Shown: piece after piece, positions 45,201 to 54,516 of the stretch
Layout: each line of letters opens with the position of its first letter
Numbering within the stretch: the stretch's first letter is position 1
Assembly: GCA_017462265.1 (NCBI GenBank)
Contig: JAFTRN010000054.1
Span: forward strand, 12,068-76,067
Direction: 5' to 3'
DNA: 64,000 bases
Origin: Coprobacter sp.
GTDB taxonomy: Bacteria; Bacteroidota; Bacteroidia; Bacteroidales; UBA11471
Position numbers and translations under genes: made by a program
The notes under the pieces: generated by a model
What the model saw: the letters and a program-made list of their open reading frames with translations, nothing else
Databases searched by the model: none
Told to the model about the DNA's origin: nothing

Positions 45201-45901
45201 TCAAAGAAATCGGGCTTATCTTGCGAGGCCGGAGCAAACTGTTCCACCACGGGGCCTTTATTAAATGCCACGTTGTCTTTGTAGGCCGATACCAATCGAT
45301 TGGGATTTTCCTCGGAAGTTTTCTTTATAAGTTTGAAAAGAGACACCTCTTTTTCTTCGCCGTCGATAATGAACACGCCATTGAATATTTTATGGCGACA
45401 ATGCTCCGAATTGACTTGGGAGAATCCAAACACCTCACTGTCGGTGAGTTTACGGCCCAATTTACGGCTCAAATCATTCAAATAGTTAACTTCCTCCTCG
45501 CTCAATGCCAACCCTTCTTGTTGGTTATAAGTCACAATATCATCGATATATACTATCGCCTCGGGTTGTTTATTGATTTCAAACACACGTTGATCGAGCC
45601 CATTGTACATACGTTGCAACATAGTATCGTGCTCGGCATCACCATTCGACACGGGGAAATATTCCTCTATACGTAATATGCCGCCAAGGCCCATATTTTG
45701 AGTTATTTCCACGGCATTGGTACTCCATGGGGTAATCATCTCTTTGCGCGGACCGACGAACCAACCGTCGATAGATGTATCACTCAACATTTCGGCACCG
45801 CCGAAAAGCCAATTCAGTTTTTCGACCTCCGTGGCCGATAATTGACGGGTAACATCAACAGCAATTATATGCTGCTCGGGATTTTTGAAGAAAAGAACCA
45901 T
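42209..45901 (-). CDS. purL: phosphoribosylformylglycinamidine synthase (single-chain large PurL)
   Basis: 1230 aa. Carries the C-terminal glutaminase motif LSLGICNGCQLM, and the overall layout is typical of large PurL. Confidence 0.95.
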   Translation of the reverse strand: MVLFFKNPEQHIIAVDVTRQLSATEVEKLNWLFGGAEMLSDTSIDGWFVGPRKEMITPWSTNAVEITQNMGLGGILRIEEYFPVSNGDAEHDTMLQRMYNGLDQRVFEINKQPEAIVYIDDIVTYNQQEGLALSEEEVNYLNDLSRKLGRKLTDSEVFGFSQVNSEHCRHKIFNGVFIIDGEEKEVSLFKLIKKTSEENPNRLVSAYKDNVAFNKGPVVEQFAPASQDKPDFFEIKDIDTVISLKAETHNFPTTVEPFNGAATGTGGEIRDRLGGGKASLPIAGTAVYMTSYPRCEEGREWEEGAMPARKWLYQTPEQILVKASNGASDFGNKFGQPLICGSLLTFEHAENYKKFAYDKVIMLAGGVGFGTIRDALKGEPTPGEKVVVMGGDNYRIGMGGGAVSSVETGVYANAIELNAIQRANPEMQKRVSNVIRALAESDSNPIVSIHDHGAGGHLNALSELVEATGGKIDMSQLPVGDPTLSAKEIVGNESQERMGMLIGEKDLEHVRRIAERERAPMYVVGETTDDHRFVFEQKDGVKPIDLAMDDMFGKAPRTIMRDETIDEQYQDVIYNVADIHQYVEQVLQLEAVACKDWLTNKVDRSVTGKVARQQCQGEIQLPLSDCGVVALDYRGKAGIATSIGHAPQAAMIDPAAGSVLAVAEALTNIVWAPLAEGLDSVSLSANWMWPCKNPGEDARLYKAVEACSRFACELGINIPTGKDSLSMTQKYGDEKVYSPGTVIISAGAEVSDVKKVVSPVLAHDARSSLYYIDFSFAPLSLGGSAFAQSLNKIGSEAPSVKDSEYFASAFGAIQELIAKDLILAGHDISAGGMITALLEMNFANVDGGLDVNLDKVPEKDLVKILFSENPGVLIQVRDRKAVEAVLDEAGVGYAVIARPCSERHLLVTKGDAQYQFGIDHLRDVWYSSSYLLDRKQSGETQAKARFLNYKEQPIQYKLSKSFTGTLAQYGISADRRKPSGVKAAIIREKGVNGDREMAYSLYLAGFDVKDVHMTDLTSGRETLDDVNMIVYCGGFSNSDVLGSAKGWAGGFLWNETAKEALDKFYSRPDTLSLGICNGCQLMVELGLLTPEHTEKPRMLHNDSHKFESEFVGLTIPQNNSVMFGTLSGTKLGIWVAHGEGKFHFPYEIEQYNVVAQYNYDAYPANPNGSPYAVAGIASADGRHLAMMPHLERAIFPWQCGFYPQDRKSDEVTPWIEAFVNARKWIENIKK

Positions 45902-46044
45902 TTCTCTACTTTATTTTATTTGGTGTATTTCGTATTGAAAACAGGTTTTATATGAAACTCTATTTGTGTGCAAAAATAATGAAAAGAGACGGGACTGACA
46001 GCATAAAAGAAAAACTATTTTCGAGAAAATCGACAATTATATGC

Positions 46045-46052
46045 TATCTTTG
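46045..46052 (+). promoter_or_regulatory. -7 promoter motif TATCTTTG upstream of the LysE-family gene
   Basis: Exact TAnnTTTG match 77 nt upstream of the ATG at 46129. It lies inside the longer track ORF, which argues against the 45952 start. Confidence 0.45.
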
Positions 46053-46128
46053 CACATCGAAAACACAAGAAGAGTACCGCCCAAACAATCGTACTACCGG
46101 GCTTACAAGTACACCACAGTTCAAAGAT

Positions 46129-46782
46129 ATGTCCATAGCAGAATTATTGATATATATCATAATCAGAGGAATAACCATAGGAATAATCGTATCGGCACCT
46201 ATGGGACCTATAGGCGTATTGTGTATACAACGCACACTCAATAAGGGGCGTCGCTCGGGTATTGCTACAGGCCTTGGAGCCTCTCTATCGGACCTATTCT
46301 ATGCGATGCTCACGGGTTTTGGCATGTCGATTGTAATCGATTTTATAGAAACCAATGAGGCTATCATACAGATTATTGGCAGCTTGGTACTCACTGGATT
46401 TGGCATATATCTGTACCGCCAAAACCCGGCCAGAAACATTCGGAAACGCCTAATGCAGAAGAATTCTTTCATTCAAGACTTCACCACATCATTCTTGCTT
46501 ACACTATCCAACCCGTTGATTTTGTTTCTCTTCATCGGATTGTTTGCCCGCCTCAACTTCTTCCTTCCCGAAATGACTTTGTTCCACTACATTTTGGGAT
46601 ATATAGCCATCTTGATGGGTGCAATTATTTGGTGGCTGACAATTACATTCTTCATCAACAAAGTGCGCTCACGTTTCAATCTGCGCAGTCTATGGCTCAT
46701 CAACCGAGGTATCGGTGCCATCATTATCATCATGTCGTTAGTTGGTTTCGGCACCGGTATTGCCGAATATTTTACCAAATAA
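46129..46782 (+). CDS. LysE/RhtB-family amino-acid exporter
   Basis: The ATG at 46129 gives MSIAELLIYIIIRGITIGIIVSAPMGPIGVLCIQRTLNKGRRSG. 217 aa with ~6 TM helices. Confidence 0.75.
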   Translation: MSIAELLIYIIIRGITIGIIVSAPMGPIGVLCIQRTLNKGRRSGIATGLGASLSDLFYAMLTGFGMSIVIDFIETNEAIIQIIGSLVLTGFGIYLYRQNPARNIRKRLMQKNSFIQDFTTSFLLTLSNPLILFLFIGLFARLNFFLPEMTLFHYILGYIAILMGAIIWWLTITFFINKVRSRFNLRSLWLINRGIGAIIIIMSLVGFGTGIAEYFTK

Positions 46783-46858
46783 AAATATCGATTGTAAAAA
46801 CTTTCCACATTGTAGGTTGTTATTGATGATGAGACAGTCTCCTAAACAATAACCTAAA

Positions 46859-47497
46859 ATGGGAAGAAAAATGAAAAAATTAACACCTCTCTTACTCGTT
46901 TTACTCGTATCGGTATCATGCCAGAAAGACCCGGACATGTCGGACCTCAGTGGTAATTTCCTTGTATATACCGATTACGACACGACCGAAAATTTCGGGG
47001 AATTCGAGACCTACTACCTCCCCGATAGTATTTTACTTATCACCTCGAGCAAAACACCCTCTTATTGGAAAGACGAACAGGCCCAATTGTTGCTCTCGAC
47101 CGTAGTCAGCAATATGGACAATTATGGCTATGTGCGTGTTGCCGACAAAGAGAGCGCCGACCTCGGACTACAGTTGAGTTATATCGAAAGCACCTACTAT
47201 TTCACCAATTATAGCAACCCCTATTGGTGGTGGGACTATCCCGGGTATTGGTATCCCGGATACTGGGGTGGCTATTGGGGCGGCGGCTGGTATTACCCCT
47301 ATGCCGTAACCTACAACTATACGACAGGCTCGATGCTGATGGAGATGGTAAAACTCGATACTACCGCGAAAAAACTCCCTATAATATGGGACGCCTATAT
47401 GTCGGGGCTGCTTTACTCGTCGAACCGTCTGAACGTACAACTGACCGCCTCGGCCATAGAGCAAGCATTTGAACAATCAACTTATTTGCAAAAATAA
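46859..47497 (+). CDS. DUF4136-like lipoprotein with a Trp/Tyr/Gly-rich segment
   Basis: 212 aa with a lipobox (LLVSVSC) and the aromatic-Gly run PYWWWDYPGYWYPGYWGGYWGGGWYYPY. Confidence 0.5.
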   Translation: MGRKMKKLTPLLLVLLVSVSCQKDPDMSDLSGNFLVYTDYDTTENFGEFETYYLPDSILLITSSKTPSYWKDEQAQLLLSTVVSNMDNYGYVRVADKESADLGLQLSYIESTYYFTNYSNPYWWWDYPGYWYPGYWGGYWGGGWYYPYAVTYNYTTGSMLMEMVKLDTTAKKLPIIWDAYMSGLLYSSNRLNVQLTASAIEQAFEQSTYLQK

Positions 47498-47551
47498 GAC
47501 GCACGTTAATGTCTCAAAAATAGCATTTACAGCGTCATAAAAATCGATTTT

Positions 47552-48190
47552 ATGAAAACAGCATATTTGAATCGGTGGCGTATCACCGCCATATGCGCTA
47601 TCGCACTGCTCCTGCCCTCGGTAGGCATGGCGCAAAGTATCTCCTCCAAAAACGGGTATGCCAATATCGACTGGCAATTCAATGCGGCGATTGGTAACGG
47701 ATTTGCAGAAAATGCAAGTGGTTGGGGTATGAATTTCGAAGGGGGATATTATTTCACCCCTAATCTCGGTGTCGGTCTGTTCCTCTCGTTCCACACCAAT
47801 AACGAATACATCGATATGCAGACCTTAAAACTATCGTCATCGTCGGCATTGACCACCGACCAACAGCATTCGCTGTATCAACTTCCCTTCGGCCTCGGTG
47901 TTCGCTATCGTTTCATGCCCGAAAAACTATTTGTTCCTTACGTGGGTATGAAAGTAGGCCCCGAGTATTGCCGCATGACCACGTATTACAATGTATATAG
48001 TAGCGATAGAGACATTTGGGGATTCTATTTATCACCCGAAATCGGAGCGACCATCTATCCTATGAAAAGCAAAATGTTCGGATTCCATGTGGCTCTATAC
48101 TATGCCTATGCTACGAACCAGAATCATCTGCTCATTTACAACTTTGACGGGCTGAACAATATCGGCTTCAGACTGGGTGTCGCGTTCTGA
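47552..48190 (+). CDS. outer-membrane beta-barrel protein (OmpW/OmpA-barrel-like)
   Basis: 212 aa with a signal peptide (LLPSVGMAQS), alternating hydrophobic strands and a C-terminal ...GFRLGVAF. Confidence 0.6.
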   Translation: MKTAYLNRWRITAICAIALLLPSVGMAQSISSKNGYANIDWQFNAAIGNGFAENASGWGMNFEGGYYFTPNLGVGLFLSFHTNNEYIDMQTLKLSSSSALTTDQQHSLYQLPFGLGVRYRFMPEKLFVPYVGMKVGPEYCRMTTYYNVYSSDRDIWGFYLSPEIGATIYPMKSKMFGFHVALYYAYATNQNHLLIYNFDGLNNIGFRLGVAF

Positions 48191-48202
48191 TAATATTCCT
48201 AT

Positions 48203-48245
48203 AAAGCGAGAGACCTCCCGGGGTATCGGAGAGGTCTCTCGCTTT
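48203..48245. terminator. bidirectional hairpin between the convergent OMP and recJ genes
   Basis: aaagcgagagacctc (48203-48217) pairs with gaggtctctcgcttt (48231-48245), a 15-bp perfect stem. Confidence 0.7.
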
Positions 48246-48271
48246 ATACGCTGTTTAGAATTTTACAAATA

Positions 48272-49999
48272 TCATTCGTGCAGAATATCTTTCACCTGTA
48301 ATTGAATAGTCTTATTACCCTTGAAATCGTTCTCTTCCACGGTATAACATATTCCTACCGGCGCACCACTTCTCAGATAAGAGAAATGTTCCTCTCCTTG
48401 TCCGAATGCGATTCCGCCCATTATGGTACCCGATTTACCATCTCGAATTTCGAGCTTCAAGTGCTCTTGATTACGACCTACAAGACGACTGTTATAATCA
48501 TACACCCCTCGAGTGGAAAATACAGGTTTGAGGTTTCCGGGCCCCATGGGATTGAACTGTTTCAACCAATTATAGAAATCGGCCGTTATCTCTTCAAAGC
48601 CCAATTCCATATCGATATCAATCTGTTGCACAGTCTGCTCTTGCAGAATATTCTCGGCGACATAAGTTTCAAAACGCTCTATAAACTCGTCGATATTTTC
48701 TTGTCGCAACGACAATCCCGCAGCATAAGTGTGTCCGCCAAAATTTTCGAGCAAATCGCGACACGACTCTATCGCCTTATACACATCAAATCCCTGTACC
48801 GAACGAGCAGAACCCGTTACCAGATTATTGGCCTCGGAATAGGTAAGTACCACCGACGGACGATAATAAAGCTCGGTAAGGCGCGAAGCCACGATACCGA
48901 TAATACCTTTGTGCCACTCGGCATTGTATATGACGATTGACTTGCGATCGTTGAAGTCGGGACGCAGCTCGAGCAACTGACGAGCCTCCTCGGTAACTTT
49001 TTTATCAAGTTCTTTGCGAGTCTCGTTATATTGATTGATATTCTGACTTTTTTCTTGTGCTGTAACCGCGTCTTTCGACACCAACAAATCGACTGCCTCT
49101 TTGCCCGACTGCATACGCCCCGAAGCATTGATACGAGGTCCTATTTTGAACACAATATCGCTGATACCAATCTCTTTCCCCCGTAATCCGCAAATATCGA
49201 TAATACCCTTCAAGCCCAAACTCGGGTTGGCATTGAGGCAACGGAGCCCATGATATGCGAGTATGCGGTTTTCGCCTGTAATAGGTACAATATCCGAGGC
49301 AATGCTCACCGCCACCAAATCGAGCAACGGAAAGAGATATTGCGACACATCTATCCCATTACTACGAGCAAAGCCCTCCATAAACTTAAAGCCTACCCCA
49401 CAACCCGAAAGATGTTCATAGGGATAGGTGTCGTCATCGCGCTTGGCGTCGAGCACAGCAACCGCCTCGGGCAATTTCTCATCGGGCACATGGTGATCGC
49501 AGATAATAAAGTCTATACCCTTCTCTTGGGCATAAGCGACCTTTTCTACCGCCTTAATACCGCAATCCAATGCGATAATAAGAGTTATACCATTTTCTGC
49601 CGCATAATCTATCCCTTTTATCGAGATACCATACCCCTCGTCATATCGATCGGGAATATAATAATCGAGGTTGGAATAGAAATTGTTCAAAAACTTGTAA
49701 ACCAACGCTACCGCTGTTGTACCATCTACATCGTAATCGCCATAGATAAGGATTTTTTCTTTTGCGCCCATCGCCTTATTGAGGCGTGATACAGCTTTAT
49801 CCATATCTTTAAGCAAGAACGGATCGTACAAATCAGCTAACTGAGGTCGGAAAAATTTTCTGGCGTCTTCTACTGTCTTTACCCCTCGTTGTACAAGGAG
49901 AGTGCATATAGCAGGACTGATCGACAGGGTCTCTGCCAATCTTTCTTGTATATGCTCGTCTTCTTTGGTAAGGGGTACATAGTTCCATTTGCTTACCAT
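48272..49999 (-). CDS. recJ: single-stranded-DNA-specific exonuclease RecJ
   Basis: DHH-family motifs are present: IYGDYDVDGTT, ALDCGI, FIICDHH and GGHTYAAG. The ATG at 49999 is preferred over the GTG at 50035. Confidence 0.9.
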   Translation of the reverse strand: MVSKWNYVPLTKEDEHIQERLAETLSISPAICTLLVQRGVKTVEDARKFFRPQLADLYDPFLLKDMDKAVSRLNKAMGAKEKILIYGDYDVDGTTAVALVYKFLNNFYSNLDYYIPDRYDEGYGISIKGIDYAAENGITLIIALDCGIKAVEKVAYAQEKGIDFIICDHHVPDEKLPEAVAVLDAKRDDDTYPYEHLSGCGVGFKFMEGFARSNGIDVSQYLFPLLDLVAVSIASDIVPITGENRILAYHGLRCLNANPSLGLKGIIDICGLRGKEIGISDIVFKIGPRINASGRMQSGKEAVDLLVSKDAVTAQEKSQNINQYNETRKELDKKVTEEARQLLELRPDFNDRKSIVIYNAEWHKGIIGIVASRLTELYYRPSVVLTYSEANNLVTGSARSVQGFDVYKAIESCRDLLENFGGHTYAAGLSLRQENIDEFIERFETYVAENILQEQTVQQIDIDMELGFEEITADFYNWLKQFNPMGPGNLKPVFSTRGVYDYNSRLVGRNQEHLKLEIRDGKSGTIMGGIAFGQGEEHFSYLRSGAPVGICYTVEENDFKGNKTIQLQVKDILHE

Positions 50000-50261
50000 T
50001 ATATATTGTTTTATTTTTTCGGAGTCCGAAAGCACGCAATCTACATTTTATATACCTAACAACCAACAATGTAGAATTCACAGACCTCTATCAAAGTCGA
50101 AAAACGCGTGCGACGCAATAGATTTTGCAGCCGTAAAGATAGTCATTTCTTCCCGAAAATATATAGGATTATAGATATAAAAATACAAAAAAGTATATAG
50201 AAATTTTAACTCCGACAGCAACAGACAAGAATACAGGTATTTATAGACAATTGTATTTTTT

Positions 50262-50299
50262 ATAAAAGAGTCGTCGGGCGGCAATAGTCGCCCGACGAC
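50262..50299 (-). terminator. intrinsic terminator downstream of the carboxyltransferase gene
   Basis: gtcgtcgggcg (50270-50280) pairs with cgcccgacgac (50289-50299). On the minus strand the stem is followed by tctttta. Confidence 0.7.
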
Positions 50300-50305
50300 C
50301 AATTT

Positions 50306-52081
50306 CTATGCAGGTTCCTCTATCCGTTCGATATAGGCTACCACGTCACCTTTAGATACAAACGCACCCTGTTTGGTACATATCTCTATAATACGCCCGT
50401 TAAAATTGGCAGGGACAGCCACGTTTTCACCCCACGAAGTAGCGATATAACAGAAAATATCCTTGGGACAATATTTTTTACCCACCTCTGGTGGTATTGA
50501 GGAATTTAGCATATCTATTTCCCAGAAAATTTGACCTTTTTCTTGTGCCATTATCGGATAGGCTTTTGCTCTTTTCAGCTTTTTCACATCTTCTTCAGAG
50601 CAAGCGCTTCCAAGAATAGCTGCCTCTTTGGCTCGTTGCAAATCCGTTTCAAAACGCTTCTTTGCAACACCCGATTTATAATCTCGATATTGACGATCGT
50701 GCATGGCAAGTTCGAAAAGTTCCTCCTCATCGTCACCCAAATCCCAATTATTCTCAGCCATCTCTTTACGATACTCATCGAGTTGGTCGGGATAATTTTT
50801 CTGAGGGTCTTCGTCGGTAAATTCCAAGCCGTTTTTGTGAGCCAATTCTATAATTTCCGGAGCCAACGGACCTGGCAATCGTCCACTCTTTCCGAGAATC
50901 ATACCCCAAGTGTTGTTATCGATCATCGACCAACGAGGCTCACCTTTTACCTGCGACATCACGTTCATCAATGCAACGTTTTTCACATATTGGCTGAACG
51001 GTGTCACCAACGGGGGATAACCCAATCGAGGCCATACATACTCCACTTCATCGAACAGCATCAACAAGAGATCGTCAATCGAGAGCTCCGGTTGATTTTT
51101 CGATTTGAGTATGAGATTTATTCCGGCATGTACACCTTTCAAATCGGCCATCATTGAGCCCATCATACCTCCCGGCAAGCCACACTTTAGTAGCAACGAC
51201 GACATATGTTTATTGGTGGAATCTATGAAATAACCCAAGAAATCATCGATAAACTCCTGCGTCATGGCTCGCGCTTGCATATAGGCTTTCATGTTTATTT
51301 CGGGAACTTTGAAGCCCTTGTCTTTCAACATCGCTTGCACGGTTATCACATCGGGGTGCACCTTTCCCCATGAAAGCGGTTCCATGGCCACGTCTATAAT
51401 ATCTGCCCCATTTTCGCACACCTCCAATATCGAAGCCATCGACAGCCCCGGACCACTATGTCCATGATATTGAATCAACACATCGGGGTGTTTTTCCTTG
51501 ATATTTTTCGTAAGTTGCCCCAACATTCCGGGACGTCCGATACCGGCCATATCTTTCAAACATATTTCAGGAGCTCCGGCCGCTATCAACTCATCGGATA
51601 TGCGAGTATAATATTCGACAGTATGTACCGGCGAATAGGTTATACATAGTGTCGCCTGGGGTATCATACCTGCCTCCAAGGCATATTTTATAGAGGGTAT
51701 GATATTTCTCGTCTCATTCAATCCGCAAAAAATGCGGGTTATATCCACTCCCTGCGCGTGCTTTACTTTATACATCAAACGTCGGACATCGGACGGGACA
51801 GGGTACATACGCAGGGCATTAAGTCCGCGATCCAACATGTGCGTTTGTATTCCGGCCTCACGGAATGGACGAGTAAATGAGCGTACCGCTTTGTTGGGAT
51901 TTTCCCCATAAAGGAGATTTACCTGTTCAAACGCTCCTCCATTCGTTTCCACTCGCGAGAAACAGCCCATTTCAATAATTACCGGCGCTATACGCTCCAA
52001 CTGATCTACTCGGGGTTGATATTTTCCCGATGATTGCCACATGTCCCGATATACGAGACTGAATTTGATTTCCTTCTTCAT
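50306..52081 (-). CDS. oxaloacetate decarboxylase alpha / pyruvate carboxylase subunit B-type carboxyltransferase (5S-like) with a degenerate biotinyl-like C-terminal domain
   Basis: The ATG at 52081 gives MKKEIKFSLVYRDMWQS...VETNGGAFEQ. HGHSGPGL contains the metal-binding His pair of the HMGL-like TIM barrel. The C-terminal ~70 aa resemble a biotinyl fold but read IATSWGEN where EAMKMEN is expected. Confidence 0.75.
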   Translation of the reverse strand: MKKEIKFSLVYRDMWQSSGKYQPRVDQLERIAPVIIEMGCFSRVETNGGAFEQVNLLYGENPNKAVRSFTRPFREAGIQTHMLDRGLNALRMYPVPSDVRRLMYKVKHAQGVDITRIFCGLNETRNIIPSIKYALEAGMIPQATLCITYSPVHTVEYYTRISDELIAAGAPEICLKDMAGIGRPGMLGQLTKNIKEKHPDVLIQYHGHSGPGLSMASILEVCENGADIIDVAMEPLSWGKVHPDVITVQAMLKDKGFKVPEINMKAYMQARAMTQEFIDDFLGYFIDSTNKHMSSLLLKCGLPGGMMGSMMADLKGVHAGINLILKSKNQPELSIDDLLLMLFDEVEYVWPRLGYPPLVTPFSQYVKNVALMNVMSQVKGEPRWSMIDNNTWGMILGKSGRLPGPLAPEIIELAHKNGLEFTDEDPQKNYPDQLDEYRKEMAENNWDLGDDEEELFELAMHDRQYRDYKSGVAKKRFETDLQRAKEAAILGSACSEEDVKKLKRAKAYPIMAQEKGQIFWEIDMLNSSIPPEVGKKYCPKDIFCYIATSWGENVAVPANFNGRIIEICTKQGAFVSKGDVVAYIERIEEPA

Positions 52082-52250
52082 AATATTTTCAATATGAAAG
52101 TAAGATTTTAGGTCGATACACAAATTTAGGAAAAAGTTTTGGCAAATTGTTCAAAAATCCCGAGATTTTTTTGAAAAATATTTTTACACAAAAAAAAAGA
52201 AAAGGCCACTTAAACTAAGTAGCCCGTTCTTGTTCCATACAATCAACCGA

Positions 52251-53156
52251 TTATTGCTTGATATGTACGTCCATTTGGGGATATGGTATAGAAATGCCCT
52301 TCTCGGCAAAGGTTTTATATACATCGCGATTGAGGTCGAAATATACGTCCCAATAATCAGCAGATTTCACCCACACTCTAACTACAATGTTTACCGAACT
52401 TTCTCCCAGAGAATTCAATGCGATAAAGGGCTCAGGTGTACGAAGCACACGCTTATCGATTGCCAACAAATCGGCCAAAACCGCCTTGGCATCTTCATAA
52501 CTATCGCCATATCCGATACCAAAGGTCCAATCTACCCGACGCAAATCTTCATGTGAATAATTGGTAATGATATTGTTTGAAAGATTTCCGTTCGGTATGA
52601 ATATGATACGGTTATCGACCGTAGAAAGTACGGTATTGAATATTTGTATCTCTTTCACGGTTCCGCTTTGCCCTTGGGCCTCAATATAATCGCCCACCTT
52701 ATATGGACGGAACAGCAATATCATCACCCCGCCGGCAAAATTCTGCAACGAACCGCTCAACGCCATGCCGACTGCGACACCGGCCGAGGCAAAGAGAGCA
52801 ACAAACGACGAAGTGTTTACGCCAAAAATTCCTATAATCAAGATTATCAAGGTAATCATCAACGTTATATTGATGAGGCTTCGCAAGAACGATTGTATCG
52901 AGGGTTCTACGTGTCGCTTATTCAAGACTTTCGACACAAAGCCGGTAAATCGTTTCATCAACCAACGACCTACAAAGAATATAACCAACGCTCCGACACA
53001 TTTCAGCCCGAACGACAACAATCCGGAAGTAAGGCTCGAAATAATTTCCGCTCCCGACATTCCTGACAATTTCTCTACAAGTGCTTCTACCGGAACTACC
53101 TGTGTGGTATCTGCCGGTGTTCCTGTTACATCAAGGATTAAATTCAATAGTTTCAT
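52251..53156 (-). CDS. mechanosensitive ion channel (MscS family)
   Basis: 301 aa with 3 TM helices, followed by RPYKVGDYIEAQGQSGTVKEIQIFNTVLSTVDNRIIFIPNG. Confidence 0.85.
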   Translation of the reverse strand: MKLLNLILDVTGTPADTTQVVPVEALVEKLSGMSGAEIISSLTSGLLSFGLKCVGALVIFFVGRWLMKRFTGFVSKVLNKRHVEPSIQSFLRSLINITLMITLIILIIGIFGVNTSSFVALFASAGVAVGMALSGSLQNFAGGVMILLFRPYKVGDYIEAQGQSGTVKEIQIFNTVLSTVDNRIIFIPNGNLSNNIITNYSHEDLRRVDWTFGIGYGDSYEDAKAVLADLLAIDKRVLRTPEPFIALNSLGESSVNIVVRVWVKSADYWDVYFDLNRDVYKTFAEKGISIPYPQMDVHIKQ

Positions 53157-53162
53157 AATCGT

Positions 53163-54350
53163 TTATTTTAAAGGTATTTCAATGGAATAAACATCTTTGT
53201 ACCACGACAATGTAGGATAAAAATTATTGATTTTCTCGGTATGGTCAGCCCCGGGTATATAGGCCGACAATCCGCAAAATGTTTCTATGGGGTACATACG
53301 CCACAAACCTCGCACATTCGACAGATAATAGTCGGTCGAGGCCGCATAAATTACCGCACGAGATAAGGCTTCGGAAAAAGCGCGATAAAACCTCGGATCT
53401 GTCGCCACATTCGAGGCGTAATGGTCTAAATCGAAAAAGAGGTTTTTGAAACTTACCGACGAACTTTGCTCTTGCGAGAATTGCTGTATATCGGCTATCG
53501 TTACCGTATCGGGGGTGGCAACTATATTTTTCATTGCCCTCGCCACGGACTCCATTTCGGTCAAATCGGTCAACGAAATAGCAGAAAAAGGCTCCGTGCT
53601 GTTTTTATAGTAATCCATATACGACTCACATACAGCTATAAGGTTCTCCGATAACGAATTTTCCATATCAAACATCGGCTTCACAATCTCGCTATAAGGA
53701 AATCCCTCGCCCATAATAGCCGTTGACGAAGAAATAAGGTATCGACTCTTGGCCCTCCACTCATAAGCAACCTCTACCGCACCCATATAACAGGCATCGC
53801 ACAATATAAAATCGAACATACTGTCGGGAATGGCTTCGGCTATATCGGTGATATTCATCGCCACACCCTCGTCATCGCCAAACGAACGCACTTGATGTGT
53901 TGTATTATACGAAGAACTCGATGGATACCAACCACTTGCGTGCGACCATAGTATAAGCCCGTACCCGTCTGACGGATAGAGCTGTTTCACATCGGTAAGC
54001 ACCTCGAGCATGGCCTCTTTCGATGCCGAGCGTTCGTCGGTATATTCTTTTACCACCTTGCGCGATACAGTCCCGTTTTCGAGCGAAAGTTTTTCCAATG
54101 TGGGTAAGCTATTGTACTTATCTATATACAACAACATATTACCATTATTCAACGCGCCGGCTTTCACAGCCTCGGTTATACCCGATATATTTGTTTCCGT
54201 ATATGAACTGAGGGTATTGCTGGCTACCATATACACCAATACCGTACGATTGGCCTCGGGAGGTTTCTGCGACACCCCCTCTATCGTTTCATCGCAACAC
54301 GCCGCACACAAGAATACGACGATTATCATTATGTAATATCGAAAATTCAC
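53163..54350 (-). CDS. clostripain-family (C11) cysteine peptidase lipoprotein
   Basis: 395 aa. Contains RTVLVYMVASN, the His in LILWSHASGW and the Cys in FILCDACYMGAVE. The start is a GTG at 54350 (which gives a charged signal n-region); an alternative ATG lies at 54329. Confidence 0.8.
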   Translation of the reverse strand: MNFRYYIMIIVVFLCAACCDETIEGVSQKPPEANRTVLVYMVASNTLSSYTETNISGITEAVKAGALNNGNMLLYIDKYNSLPTLEKLSLENGTVSRKVVKEYTDERSASKEAMLEVLTDVKQLYPSDGYGLILWSHASGWYPSSSSYNTTHQVRSFGDDEGVAMNITDIAEAIPDSMFDFILCDACYMGAVEVAYEWRAKSRYLISSSTAIMGEGFPYSEIVKPMFDMENSLSENLIAVCESYMDYYKNSTEPFSAISLTDLTEMESVARAMKNIVATPDTVTIADIQQFSQEQSSSVSFKNLFFDLDHYASNVATDPRFYRAFSEALSRAVIYAASTDYYLSNVRGLWRMYPIETFCGLSAYIPGADHTEKINNFYPTLSWYKDVYSIEIPLK

Positions 54351-54395
54351 GTAAAAATAAGACGTCTTTTAGTTGTAATATATTTTATTATCCGA

Positions 54396-54403
54396 CAAAA
54401 ATA
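54396..54403 (-). promoter_or_regulatory. -7 promoter motif (TATTTTTG on the minus strand) upstream of the C11 peptidase gene
   Basis: caaaaata lies 46 nt upstream of 54350. Confidence 0.4.
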
Positions 54404-54488
54404 GATTAAAATAGGTGAACACACAAATGATATTTATTAATCTATCTAAAAAAATGAATTTGCGCTGTTTCTCTAAGATAAAATATAT

Positions 54489-54496
54489 TAGTTTTG
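54489..54496 (+). promoter_or_regulatory. -7 promoter motif TAGTTTTG upstream of the TPR gene
   Basis: Exact TAnnTTTG match 21 nt upstream of the ATG at 54517. Confidence 0.4.
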
Positions 54497-54516
54497 TAGC
54501 GTAAAGTCACACGACA

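Noticed and set aside
45952-46128. The N-terminal extension of the LysE-family ORF.
   Set aside because: It contains the TATCTTTG promoter motif (46045-46052) and is hydrophilic and non-homologous. The family N-terminus begins at the ATG at 46129.
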